From positions 13,298 through 77,297 of the forward strand of contig JAHLWZ010000847.1 in NCBI GenBank assembly GCA_020536535.1: a stretch of DNA of 64,000 bases, given 5' to 3'. This DNA is from Pelomyxa schiedti. Taxonomy: Eukaryota > Protista > Evosea. The notes under the pieces are model-generated. The model did not search any database, was not told where the DNA came from, and saw only the letters and a program-made list of their open reading frames with translations. The translations under genes were made by a program, and so were the position numbers. Positions 52,201 to 63,987 of the stretch are shown piece by piece (within the stretch, counting starts at the first letter, position 1; each line of letters begins with the position of its first letter).

Positions 52201-54529
52201 ATTATAAAATCCCTCTCAAGCAAGTGGATAAAGCGGAAGAGTGCACAATTACTCTAAAGCCACTTATTGTTTATGATGCTGCCCACAATTTCAATAACGG
52301 CTCAAACACTTTGACTGTAAAAGTAACTGGTACTGGACCGAATTTCCTTTTAGATTACTTACTTTCAACAAGCAAACTCGACGACTGAAATCATCATTGG
52401 ATTAGTTTTGGGCCTTGTATTCTTGGGTGCTGTGGGGGCACTTGCCGGTTTTGTATTCTTCATGAAAAAGAGGCTTGCACCCCGCAAACCCGAACCTCTT
52501 TAATTGATTCATTCCAGGAACCAGAAACCACAAGAAGAGGGAGTTGTCATGAGTGACTTGTTCGGTGCTGTTGAAGATGAGAATGATGAGGAAAAGTTTG
52601 ACACATCACAGTCAAGGTTCCTTTTCCCCTCAGCTTCCCTCCACAAACTTTTCGTTTGTTACAGCGAAGTTGCTCTTCCGGAATGCATGTTAGAAGTAGA
52701 CAATTTTTACTCTGTGTTTGTTCTCATTTAACTGACAGGTGTCAGTTTCGACACTCAAATTTGGCCTTAATTATCGTCAATGTCCTGTTGGTGAAAAGAT
52801 TTCGGAAACTGTTTCCCTGGTTAATTCAACAGGCCGCCCCATTTATTTCAAATTCTTCCCGCAAAGATCATATAAATATAAAATGGTTGTGGACCCTGTT
52901 GCAAGTGTCATTGATCCGGTATCTTTTTTAAATGGAGAATTTAAAGTTTACTTAAAACGTCAAGACCTATGCCATGGATGTTACACTACATATGATTGTT
53001 ACCTGCACAACTGTAATTGAGTCATTCTTACTCCTTGCATGCAGCCCAGGTTCAACCGAAACTTTGGAATCTCTTTTAGCAAATAACTAGTTTAGGTGAA
53101 CAACTTGACGGGGATGAACTACAACACTGTAAGATTCCTTTTAAAATTGAGTCCAGACTTTCCACCAAGGTTCCCTTCTTTTTTTCCCTTCCTTACTGAG
53201 ATTCACGCTAGTTGGATCCCGAAGAACTTGATTTGGTTATGCCTCCAATTGGTGAAGGGACATTTGGTAAGGCTCGAGTGTTTTCTTTTTTCAACTCCTC
53301 AACAGTATATAGGCACAGTTTACAGAGGAACTTGGAGAGGACAAGCTGTGGCTGTCAAAGTGTTAAAATCTAAAGGCATTTCCAGCAAAGAAAAAGTAAA
53401 AGAATTCACTCGTGAGGTTGTAGCTCAGACAAAAACCTATGCTTATACTGACCCTCATTCAGGTGCAAATAATGGAAGAACTACAATCTCCACAGATAAT
53501 CAATTTCATTGGTTCTGTCCAGGTCAAATCTCAACTTGCAATAGTAACGGTACCTGCGTCTCTATTAATTAGTGAATTATTTTACACTGTTACAGGAGTT
53601 CATGTCTCTGGGCAACTTAGAAAGTGTTATGAAGGTAAAAGGCTTATCTTAATGCCATTTTTTGATTTTACTTCAGAAACAAACGCTTTCCCTTAAGCAG
53701 AAGACAAAAATACTTTTAGACTGCGCAAAGGGGATGAACTTCTTACACCAAGTTGTCTTCTTCCACCACCTTTTTCTTTACTAACTGTGAGGTTTTGTAG
53801 AGTGGTGTTATTCACAGGTTTACCTTTATTGATTCATTGTAGCAGTTTCCCATTTACCTGCATTTCTTTAGAGATCTCAAAGCGGGGAATCTACTTATAT
53901 CCTCCCTAGATCCTACTAGTATTGTCTGTGTAAAAATCAGTGATTTTGGAACAACGAGAGAGGTAAATTCTGCCAAAGACCAAATGACTATGAATGTGGG
54001 CACACCTACTCACATGGCGCCTGAGGTACTTTTTTTTTTGTTGCCCCTTTTTGATTTGTACAGGTTATTGAAACCGGAAATTACACGAGTAAAGCAGATG
54101 TGTTTAGGTACGTAGTGCGTACACCCCTTGTTGTAACTCTGCTATAGTTTTGGAATTTTGGCATACACACTCCTGACTGGCACAGGTATGAGCTCACCAA
54201 GGTTTCTTTTATTTCTCCTCACCAAGTACACAGAACCTTATACCTCTGAAGACTTTTCATCAGCACCCTGGAGTATCATTCTCTCTTTTCCTTCCATCAG
54301 ACCTAAATTTATCCTTCTTCAATCAGAAATTGCTGAATTTGTCATTAGTGGAAAGAGAATGAAAATCCCAGATTCTACACCATACCCAGACCTCATTGAG
54401 GCATGTTGGGCTCCAGACCCCAATGAACGACCTGGTTTGTAAAGAACCAACCTTGTTTTTTCCTTTGACTCTTTCTCAGACTTTGGGGCTGTTTCTGAAG
54501 CTCTAGAACGGATGCTCAACAAACTATAA
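40254..54529 (+). CDS. Giant receptor kinase B, paralogue of kinase A with the same architecture
   Basis: ATG 40254, leader LVVLLRAAIVCLCCCATASHA; PA14-like tip (IKYYGYLQ..LYPFEVHVIQ..VSLQWAGEDGVYQVIPASEF); 35 IPT repeats; DVTPP..DAAHNFN Ig-like domain; TM IIGLVLGLVFLGAVGALAGFVFF; LKFG..PVG..N domain; GEGTFG, VAVK, HRDLKAGN, DFG, APE; TAA 54527-54529. Confidence 0.9.
41129..52030 (+). repeat. Array of 35 IPT/TIG domains in kinase B
   Basis: Manual count; repeat starts at about 41129, 41484, 41792, 42099, 42379, 42672 ... 51098, 51443, 51740, nearly all separated by phase-1 introns. Confidence 0.8.
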
Positions 54530-54586
54530 GCCAAAAAAAAAATGTGTATTGCAAAACACAAATTTGTCACTTTTTCCTTTTCTTTT

Positions 54587-56350
54587 TCATAGGTACAAAG
54601 GTACCCAGGGCACAACATTGGGCACTTGTGAGAAGAAGGATGATAACTGATATGAGGGGTACCTCATGCTAAAGTGGGTGAGGATGAAGGTGTTGCTTGG
54701 GTGTGCCAGTACAATTTCTCTCAGCCTGGGCCACATCGTGTGCTGGTATTCCTGGGCCATTTCTTCCATTTTGGGAGAATTCTCAAGGTATGTACACTCT
54801 GGGAAATGTGGGTGAGGGCGGTGTAAGTAAATGGAAAGATACCAACAAAAATGAATGGGTAATCAAATAGCTCCGGAGAGTCAGTGAAAACCTCACTCTT
54901 GGGTAAGATTTTGCTTGAAGTGTGAAAGAACTAACCTGCTCTGTGGTGTCTCCCAGGTATGCAAATAATGGCTGTACATTAACTTTTCAGAAGTCAGGAA
55001 TTTTCTATTAGAGGTATAGATTACACGAAAAGCAGTATCCAACTGAAGGCAAAGTGTGGCTTGTTTTGATAACCTGTATGCTGTTGTTATTCATGGTACC
55101 ACTGCGTGGAGTGTTATTCATACCTTCACGTTGTACGAATTAGTCACGGAAGGGGGTATTCGTTTAGAATCCCCTGGTTGCACTCCCAGGGCTGTATAAG
55201 GAGGTAATTGTCCCTCACCGCCACTCGCCATTTGTAGCGAAGCTGTCATGAATGACGTAAAATGGGGGAGAGAGGGTTTGGGTACGAAAAACTGGATTAA
55301 GGATCAGGGGAGTACATTGGGAATTAATACCGTTGTGGGAGAATATTTAATCAACGTAGGTGCTTCTTTTACGTGATCCAAGTGACAGTGTGTGACAAAA
55401 ACCGCCTGGGGATACAATGTCCCTTCAACTGCTCCACAGTCCACAAGAAATCTAGCTGTTGGAAAAGCACCAATTAACACAGAACTCAAAAAAAAGTAAG
55501 AGAGCACACGCTCTTTCACATAGAAGCCAGAGCCTCTGGAAGCTTTTGAGTAACCCCAGAAAGTCAAGTTCATGCCCCCAAAAGGAAGAACCATCTCTCC
55601 CCATGTTTGGTTCCACTGTGGACCGAGTGCTCTACAGGATAGGGTGCACCCTAATATCTCAGTAACAAACAAAGGTCACCATAGAGCTAGGATATAAATA
55701 GAAACAAAAAGAAGAGGAAGAAGAAAAAGAGACATACATTGCGAGTAATGTGAGTGATAAGCCGGTGGGGTGTTCGTTCTGGGATCATGTGATGGAGACC
55801 ACCCACCAGATGCTCCCCAACAACCGCTGTTTCCACTCACCCTTCCATTTGCATTTGCATTTGCATTTCCATTCCCATTTCCATTTCCATTTCCATTCCC
55901 ACCACTGCCGATTGGGAGTGTCCTACCACCAGGAGACTGCTGGTGTTGCTGGGGTGTCGACGGCGACGGCGGGGGTGAGTGCTGCTGCTGTTGCCTTGCG
56001 TTCCCCGGTGTGGGTACGGTAGTGGCGTCCCGCTGCGGACCCGGAGAGCCTGGGCCGCCCCCGCCCCTGCCCCTGCCGCTGCCCCTACCGCCGGGCGACG
56101 GGGTTGGAGAAGAAAACGGCGACGGCGGCGGCGACCCAAGAGGGGGCGGCGAGGAGGAAGAGGACGAGTGCGTGGGGGGCGCGGCGCCATCGCCGCCCCG
56201 GTGGTCCGAGCTTACTCGTGCTCGTTTGATGCTACTTGGTGTCGCAACTTGCTGCTGCTGCTGTTGTTGTGGTGGTGGCGGCGGGGAATTTCTCTCGGGG
56301 CTCTCGTCCCCTTGGTCGTCGGAGCCTCGCCTTCCGTTCGGGGCGTGCAT
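54587..56350 (-). CDS. Metallo-beta-lactamase fold nuclease, short RNase Z (TM-type)-like, with disordered N-terminus
   Basis: LVDCG, VFVTHCHLDH (HxHxDH), SHTLPSVGY, YLGDT, ECTY, QHT and LTHFSMRY; about 190-aa P/Q/G/N-rich leader. Confidence 0.8.
55844..55900. repeat. Coding hexamer repeat (CCATTT/GCATTT)n encoding NG/NA dipeptides
   Basis: Directly visible; translates to NGNGNGNGNGNANANANG on the minus strand. Confidence 0.85.
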
Positions 56351-56428
56351 CGATGATTCGGGGTAAGGGAAGCAACCCAACTTGGTGAAAAGGAAAGGAA
56401 AGCTCAAAAAAGTGTTTCGCTTCTTACA

Positions 56429-59400
56429 TTAGCCTCCTCGTTGTGACATAAGGAACTTCATCGTGCAGGGACCGCAGGCAGCTTCGTGTTCGATTTCGTA
56501 AATGTCAGGTGCTGCGGCCAGTGGTATTTTGCAGCTTATACAACAAAAACAGGGAAGGTGGTAGGCATGGTCCAGCTGGAAGGTGACAATGGAAATGAGA
56601 AGAAATAAAAAACCGAAAGATGGGTTGCAGACCGCTTTGGTGTGGTCACCGTCAATCGGCCCCCCACATGTATGACACATCAAGGCAAAGAGCTTCTCGT
56701 AATCATATCGACAGTACACTTTACTGTCCTTTGTGAAGTAGGCCGATGTTATCCTCTGGCCACAAAAAATGCATACAAAACACTCTGGGTGATACCGGAG
56801 TCCCTTCAATAATTTTAGCTCTTTCTCAATTATGTAAATGCAGCTAGGAACATACTGCTTCCTCTACATAAAAGGCTTCAGTGATAGGCTTTGCACATGT
56901 AGCACACTTTGGAACGGTGGTTGAACGCAACTGAAACTCACAAGCTTCACAATATATCTTCCCCTCCCTACTGTTGGTTAGTCCTTCTTTACGGGGTAAA
57001 GTGGCGTACCATACAAACACCTTTAGGTCAGTAAAAGGTTTTGCACATTTGGTGCACTTGAAGCAAGTTTTGTGATACTTATGATCGGCAATATTAAGTC
57101 TGGGTTCATTGGGCATTATATATACACTACATGCAGTACACAGTGGAAGTGTTGCTTTCATCCGTGCTTCTAATATTGTTTTCTCATATTGTTGTTGTTT
57201 TAGTTTTATTTCTACCATTGATGGAGAGCCGTCCAGAACGTCGTCCACTTGGTGGGCGAGCATTCCAATTTTCGTTACGGGGTGGATGTGCTGAGTGAGA
57301 GACTTGAAGAGATTGATGGGGAGTTAGCAGTTTCTGCGAGGCTGCTGAAGATGAAGTTTGGGAATGTTGTGCTTGTGACGGCGGTGCCTGACGCTGTGAT
57401 TGCGACCGCGCTTGAACTTCAGGATGTGGCTGTATTTGTGATCGTGTTTGTTGTGGGGGAGGTATTGGAGGTGACTCAGGTTGATGTGGGGTGGATACTG
57501 CGGTTGATGTTGAAGTTGAGGTGGAGGTGGACGTTGATGTTGATGTTGCTGGTGACGGTGACGGTGTTGTTGACTTCAGTTCTGGAAGTGGTGGATCGGG
57601 AATGGTTGACTTTAGTTCTGGAAGTGGTGGATCAGGAATGGTACGCTGTAGTAAGCGTTCTTTCTTAAATAAGCACGAAGGAATACATGACAATAAAAAC
57701 ACACTGAATGTACAGTCTTTGCAGAAAAGTTTTTTTCGTAAGACTGTATATTCTTCCTGGGCGGTCAAAGGTTGACCACACTCAGAGCATTTGAAACACC
57801 ATGCGTGCCAATTGAGATTGTTAATCGATTCAAATAGATCTGAATCAATTATCTGTGGAATTAAGTTTTCAAGAAACTTGCTGGGACACACCAATCCACA
57901 TCCATCGCAAAAGGCAAAAAAATCTTGAAAAATGCTTGCTCCTCCTTCTGTAGATGGTGAGGAAGCACATGATATACAAATTGGATTTTGCTCTTCTGTG
58001 AATGTGCAATGATCTTTCTGGTTTTATTTTTTTAAAAGATGACTTTAAACTTCTTTTCTTTTTTCTTACCATTGGCATGTGACATTTACAACAAGAAACA
58101 CACTCCCAATGCCAGACTCTCTCCCTGTGGTCCATTATGAACAAATTAAGTACTCCAGACTTACCCACAATGAGCAGTCATTTGTGTAGCATTAACAGGC
58201 TTGTGGCAGGCAAAACAGTTTGGAAGGTCGGCCTCCGTTGTTGTAAATTCGGAAAAGAATACTTGAATCTTACATAAAATTAAGGAAGATAGTCAAAGAG
58301 ATTGACACACAGAAAAACTGGCTGGGTAAATTTTGTGATGTATATCCTTACAAGCTTTATCTAAGTCTCTCTGAAAAATGAATTCTTACGTGCAATTTTG
58401 AAAAAAACCTTTAGTAAGAGGAGATTTTCCTTTAGGTAGGCAGTATGAAAGGAAAATGCAAACATTTTCGACTGAGAAGTGTGAGAAGAGAGAAGATAGT
58501 TATGGAACAAACCTTGGAGGATCTATGATAAAACTGAATGTGAATATCCTGATTCAACATTGTATGGTCACATACAATTTCGACTTCATTTGACCCTCTC
58601 CGAATTTTCTTATTTTTGCTAAGATCAGAGGAGAAGAAAATGAGATTACTTACAAAAGGCTTAGATGCATAAACAGTCTTCCCTTGCTGAGTGATTGACA
58701 TCCAGGGCTCTGTAGTTAAAATAAGACAGATTTGAAGATCTGGCACCAACCACATGATCCTCGCTCAATATTTGGTATCGTTTTCATTGTTACACCTGTT
58801 AAGACAACTGCACGGGGTGGTGGAAGTAAAAGGTGCATCGGAGTCCCACATATCTTTCTTTGGGCAATGGCCTCAAAGTACCTTACTGTTCTTTCCTGTG
58901 AGGGAATTGTAACACCCTAATAGTAAAAGGTCAAAAAAACACTACAATCGGGAGGGATTCATGCCCTCCCATTCAAGGTTCGTTTTGTTCCAAAGAGCCG
59001 CAGGGCCTCTGAGGCTGAAGTGCATGTATGCATCCATAACAACAGACAGGATATGAAGGTTCCCGTGCGTCCCTAACAGTTCGATTTAACTTGAAGGATA
59101 CAACAATAAACTGTATACCTTTCCAGCCTACATAAAGTATCAAATGAAAGGAGAGACAAAATTTGAGGACGAAAGATGACTATGTATTGAGTACTTAACT
59201 TACAGTGGACAGCAATGGTGTTGTCGGGGTTGGAATCCAGGTATTTTTCCTATTTTTTTTTCCCCCAATTAAAGACAATAAAACTTTAAGTTGCATTACA
59301 GCATCCAAGCAAAAATTCATAGCAAGTTCTAACGGAGGAGAGCAGTGGTCATAAAAAGGAAACTCAGCCACTGTGCCAAGTAAGAGCAAACTGGTGATGC

Positions 59401-59859
59401 AGGTGACCAACCTTGATTGTGAAACTTTCTGTGGTCATATTTTCTCTCAGCACAGCTGGTTATGAATTAGAATAGAGAATGAAAACATCTCTTTTTTGTT
59501 ACAGGTTGTAAACTTTGTAGTGTCCCGAGTGAACTAGATGAAGTAAGGTACAAGATGGAGGTAGGGACATAAATACGTGAGTCAAGAAATCTGGTTAAAA
59601 GAGGGAAACAAGGGTTAGTTGGGAAAACAAGCAGGCAACTAAAGAGTACTTTTGAACATCAGTCATTTTATTTCTATACAATCCTTCGAGGGATTCGCTA
59701 GGGTAGCCCATGGCTTGGCAGCGTTACCTCCAAAGAAAAGAAAACAAAGCAGTGGGTACCAATGATCCTGTCCGTGATGTAGGTGAGATCCAAGTCAAAG
59801 CCCTGTTGCTCGAATCTACGTTTCTTCTTGGACACGACCCGCCTCAATATCGTGGTCAT
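56429..59859 (-). CDS. PTEN-family phosphatase + C2 domain + five LIM domains
   Basis: VSKKKRRF..GFDLDLTYITDRIIAMGYPS, YKVYNLCAER, FPFYDH, HCK|AGK|GRTG, GVTIPSQ; C2 domain; LIM motifs CxxC..HxxC..CxxC..CxxC/D grouped 2+3. One GC-AG intron (58917-58964) and one apparent TT-AG intron (59128-59198). Confidence 0.88.
57569..57642. repeat. 36-bp tandem duplication (TIPDPPLPELKS x2) in the PTEN-LIM linker
   Basis: gttgacttcagttctggaagtggtggatcgggaatg followed by gttgactttagttctggaagtggtggatcaggaatg; two synonymous differences. Confidence 0.9.
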
Positions 59860-60048
59860 TCTCAACACTACGGTACCGCCGTCTGTGGTTTTTTTTATTT
59901 TTTTTTGTTTCTTCGTACAGTTTTGGCATTTGAAGATCTGTACGGAAAAAAAGGGAACAAAAAGTTTGACAACTTAACAGGCAAGTCGTGCCATCGAAAA
60001 ACATACACCGACAGCTGAAGGCGATCAAACAAACCTGTAAAACAAGCA

Positions 60049-61477
60049 ATGGATGTTGTGGGTGTTGTGGCCCAGTGTCGTTACTCCGAGACTGTGAAGG
60101 CCAGGGTGAAAAATGACGTAGGGAACGTCCTTAGGATCTTCCCCTCTCTTAAAGTCGAGTGTCAACAATTCAGTGTGTTTTCTATTGTTGCTCGTTTTGT
60201 GACTGGGGGTTTTTTTTCCCTTCTTCTTTTTCTGCACCCTTACATTTAAAGAGTATGACGACGGTTCTGTGGAACCTGTGTTGTGTATCAGCAATTTGTT
60301 ACCTGTTACTGTAAAAGGTTGCAATTATCACTTTCCTGTGAATATCTATTTATTAAGGTACATTTCTTTTCCACCTACTGGTTTTTTTTCTCTAATTTTC
60401 ACAAGAAATTATCCTTCGGTCGCTCCTGTATGCTTTGTGAGGCCAGCCGCCAGTATGCATTAAAAACCTCACAAGTCGCGAGTAATGTTTTCTAAGACAT
60501 GACGATTAGACCAACAGCGTCTGTCAATAATAATGGGTTCATCCAACCCAACGCTTATGCTACCTGGACTCCTTCCTATGCTCTCACAGATTACGTGAAA
60601 ATCATCTCGCAGGTATGTGTCGGCTTGTGTCCTTTAATGCCACAGTCTTTCCAACTACTTCACATAGATATTGGGCGCAGAGTCTCCTCTTTACTCCTCA
60701 CCCCAACCACCACAACCACCCCCATCTTATCCACATCCCCCTTCACCACTTCACAATTCGTCATCTCAGGCAGCTACTACACACCCCTCTTCAGCCTCAT
60801 CCCAAACCATTCACAAAGCATTGTGCTCGAAAATCAATGAACAACTATTAAGATTAGCCACGGCAAGTAGAGAACATGTTGAAGCAAAAGAAAAATTGAT
60901 GGCACACGCATCTGCCCTCTCTGATATTCGTTCACAGATTCTCCACCAAACCGTATGTACTGGAGATTTCCCTATGTTTTTTAACCTATAGAGCAGGAAA
61001 GTGTTACTACACTTTCCCAAAGAATGGAAAACGAACGAACACAAATCGAGAGTAGGATTGCCGCAAATACCGAAATGCAAAGCAACTCCAAGAGTATAGA
61101 TGAACTAGTGGCACCTGAAAACATTCTTACAGAGCAGTGAGTAGGGTTCGATCACGTTTATTCATCTTAGCCATTTGGCAGGTTTATTCAAGAATATGCA
61201 CAGTACGAAGCCATAGAAGACACCTTACACTTACTCGCAGGCAGCATTACCAACGTGAACTTTGAAAGTTCGTTGAAGGTGTGAACGTTTCGGGGAGTAA
61301 CGGGTTTTGTTTTTCATCCCGTAAATCCACAAGCACTGACAACACCACACAAAATAGACCATAAGGCAACTTTCCCACGAGCAGTTCCTACACAAAGCCC
61401 TCATGGATAAAATCATACAAGTTGGCAATTCCATCCCCTTCCCACCCAGTTTCCCACCGGGTTCCATGTATGAGTAG
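60049..61477 (+). CDS. TSG101: ESCRT-I subunit TSG101/Vps23
   Basis: UEV domain (LPVTVKGCNYHFPVNIYL..NYPSVAPVCFVRP), Pro-rich linker, coiled coil and steadiness box (AIEDTLHLL..IRQLSHEQFLHKAL). Confidence 0.88.
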
Positions 61478-61594
61478 ATGCGCCTTTTTACTCGTTGTTT
61501 TCCATTGATAATGTAAATTTTTTTTTTGTTTGCGCAATACCATGAGTAGCAAACATAAAAGAAGACAAAAACAAAGCAGCTTACCTTACTGGCA

Positions 61595-63710
61595 ATGCAA
61601 CCGAGTTTTATGTTCGGCTCCAAGTCCAGGGGCCGCGGCAAAGGCAAGAAGAGCACACCCATAATTCTTACGCCTCCGTCGCCCCAGAGCTTGCTCACTT
61701 CGGCGCCTTCTAGTTCCAGTTCAACCTGTGACAAACAATCAGAAATCGAGACCCCCAAAGGCCCATTGTTTCCTGCTGTGCTGCCAACAATATGTGAGGG
61801 CGGGGACAAGGATGGCAAGACCCATAATGCAGTGGCGGCTGGTGGTGCGACAGGGGACATCTTTGGCATTTTTCACAGCGAGAATACTGTTGTTCCAATC
61901 ATACCACCTTCATTGACAATTCCAATTGGAGCTTTTGAGGCTGGGAGTACAAAGACTGATTTGAGCGATGTTGGCTCTTTATTGGATTCTTACAATCAAG
62001 GGATTCAAGGGATTTCTTGTGAGTATCATTCTCTCGTTTGCTATTGGACGATTGATTGAATGCATGTGTGATATTACCTAAAAAAAACAGCTGCTTCATC
62101 GCCTGGGAAAACCTCACTGGCAAAGCACCAAACTTCTCCTTTGTGCGTGGTCACTGAATGCCCTGTGTGTAGCAAGGAATATGATGGAAGCACCGTGACA
62201 CCTGTTTCACTTCCTGCGCCATGCAGGCACACCACTTGCAGGACATGTGCAGAGGCCCTCTTTGGAAAACTCTACAATGACTCCCGTTTTGTGTGCCCTG
62301 TGTGCCTCTCCTCTATTGATCCGGGTGCCACAGTAAAAGACTTGACTGTAAACAAAAGTGTGATGGAACTCACTTACATGGTTTCCCAAAGGAAGGTTGA
62401 AGGCTCCGGAGGCCCAAGGTGCGGCAAGTTATATCCAAAGAGGAGTTCAAATCTCATACTCAATCCAGGACATGCGAAGAATGTGGAAAGACTTCTGCTA
62501 CACTGAGTTGCAAGAGATGCGAAACGGCCCTGTGTTCAGCATGTGATAAAGTCATTCATTCCCATAAGGTTTTGCAGAACCATACCCGAACTCCTTTTTT
62601 CAGTCCTTTTCCTGTGAGAGAACCCTACTGTATGACACATAAAAACTCCCTGGAACTGTTTTGCGAAGCTTGCAATGTTCGTATTTGCTCTATTTCTCTT
62701 TTTGTAGTTAAGACAACCAAGGAACTATGTTGCTATGCTTGCTCACAGTTCGGTGACCACAAAGGGCATCCTGTTGTGGCAAGAACTGGTGCAGAAGGGA
62801 GAGTACACTCCACCATCCAGACCGAGTTGGTAGCAGTGAAAGACAAGTGGTCACTTCTAAATCAGCAGGCTGCAGTAATTCAGCAATCCTTGTCAAAATT
62901 GCACATATCAGCTGCAGCGGCCCAAAGACATATTTCCACTGAGGTGCAAAAGATTCAAGCTGAACTTGATAAGCGTGAGCATGCTCTTATATCTGAACTT
63001 CAAGAAAGACAGAATACTATCTCGCAGCCTTGGATAAAGGAGCAAGGTTAACCTCAGATGATTACTTACATTCTACTCACTTTCCCCAAGAACATGTGCG
63101 ATTGGTTGAGAAAGAAGTTTCCAAATTAACCAGCCTGGGGCAACAGATACTAGACTGGAACGATGAGATTCTGCTGTTGGGGTTCTCCAAGTTTATTGTG
63201 GAGCGACTGTCATCAGCCGCGAAATACATTCCGGCACTATCCACCAGCCACGCCCAAGGTGTTAAATTTCCTGTGAGCTTTCCTGACACCACCGAACTTG
63301 TCAGCTCCATACAGAAGCTTGGATCCATCACCACCACAGTCACTGTCAGCACCGTGTCAGAATCTCCCACAAAGAGCCCAGCAACTCTGCCACCTCCCCC
63401 AGCCACATCAAAAAGCAACACCACCACCAATGCTGATGACCAACAGCCCAAAGCACAAACCACTACGGCAGGACCTCTGGACTCTCCACAACCAGCAGTC
63501 CATAAGAATCCTAACCCTACTACTACTCCTCCTGCTACATCACAAGCAACCACAACAGCTTCAAAATTGAGTCCTGACCATGGTGTTCAATCTATGATTG
63601 TTGTAGACAATCCTGAAGACCCAGAAGGAGTTCTGCAGACCCCCTATCACAAAGCAACATCAGCAACAACCGATAAGGACGACAACACTGCCCCGACTAC
63701 AACATCTTGA
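61595..63710 (+). CDS. RING - B-box1 - B-box2 - coiled-coil (TRIM/RBCC-like) E3 ligase
   Basis: RING CPVC..CRHTTCRTC..CPVC; B-box CEEC..CKRC..LCSACD..H..H; B-box2 CMTH..FCEAC..CYAC..H.GH; coiled coil; S/T/P-rich tail. Confidence 0.85.
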
Positions 63711-63915
63711 TACTCACAAATAAGTTTGTGCAGCTCAAATCAAATACGAATGGATAGTTGCTAAAAATCGTTGTGATGGGTGTTTTTGAGTGCATACGCG
63801 CACATAGGGGTTTTTTTTGGCCTGGGGCTGGCTGTAACTTTACAGGGACTTGATAGAGCTTCCACTTGTTTTTTGTTTCCATATCTGGATCAGTGGGCGG
63901 TGATTTTTTTCCCTA

Positions 63916-63987
63916 CAAAAAGTGCATCATCACCGCCCAAAATCACCGCCCGGGCGGTGATTTTGGGCGGTGATGATGCACTTTTTG
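63916..63987. repeat. Perfect 72-bp spacerless palindrome built from GGGCGGTGAT units
   Basis: Base-by-base check: 36-bp arms are exact reverse complements, centred between 63951 and 63952. A fifth motif copy lies at 63895-63904. Confidence 0.95.

Noticed and set aside
59073-59101. GTATCCTT (U12-like donor) on the minus strand in PTEN
   Set aside because: It lies inside an ordinary intron; using it would destroy the HCKAGKGR motif and leave a 29-nt intron.
63929-63974. ATCACCGCC similarity to the phage lambda operator half-site
   Set aside because: Short match with the wrong spacing and no phage or vector context.
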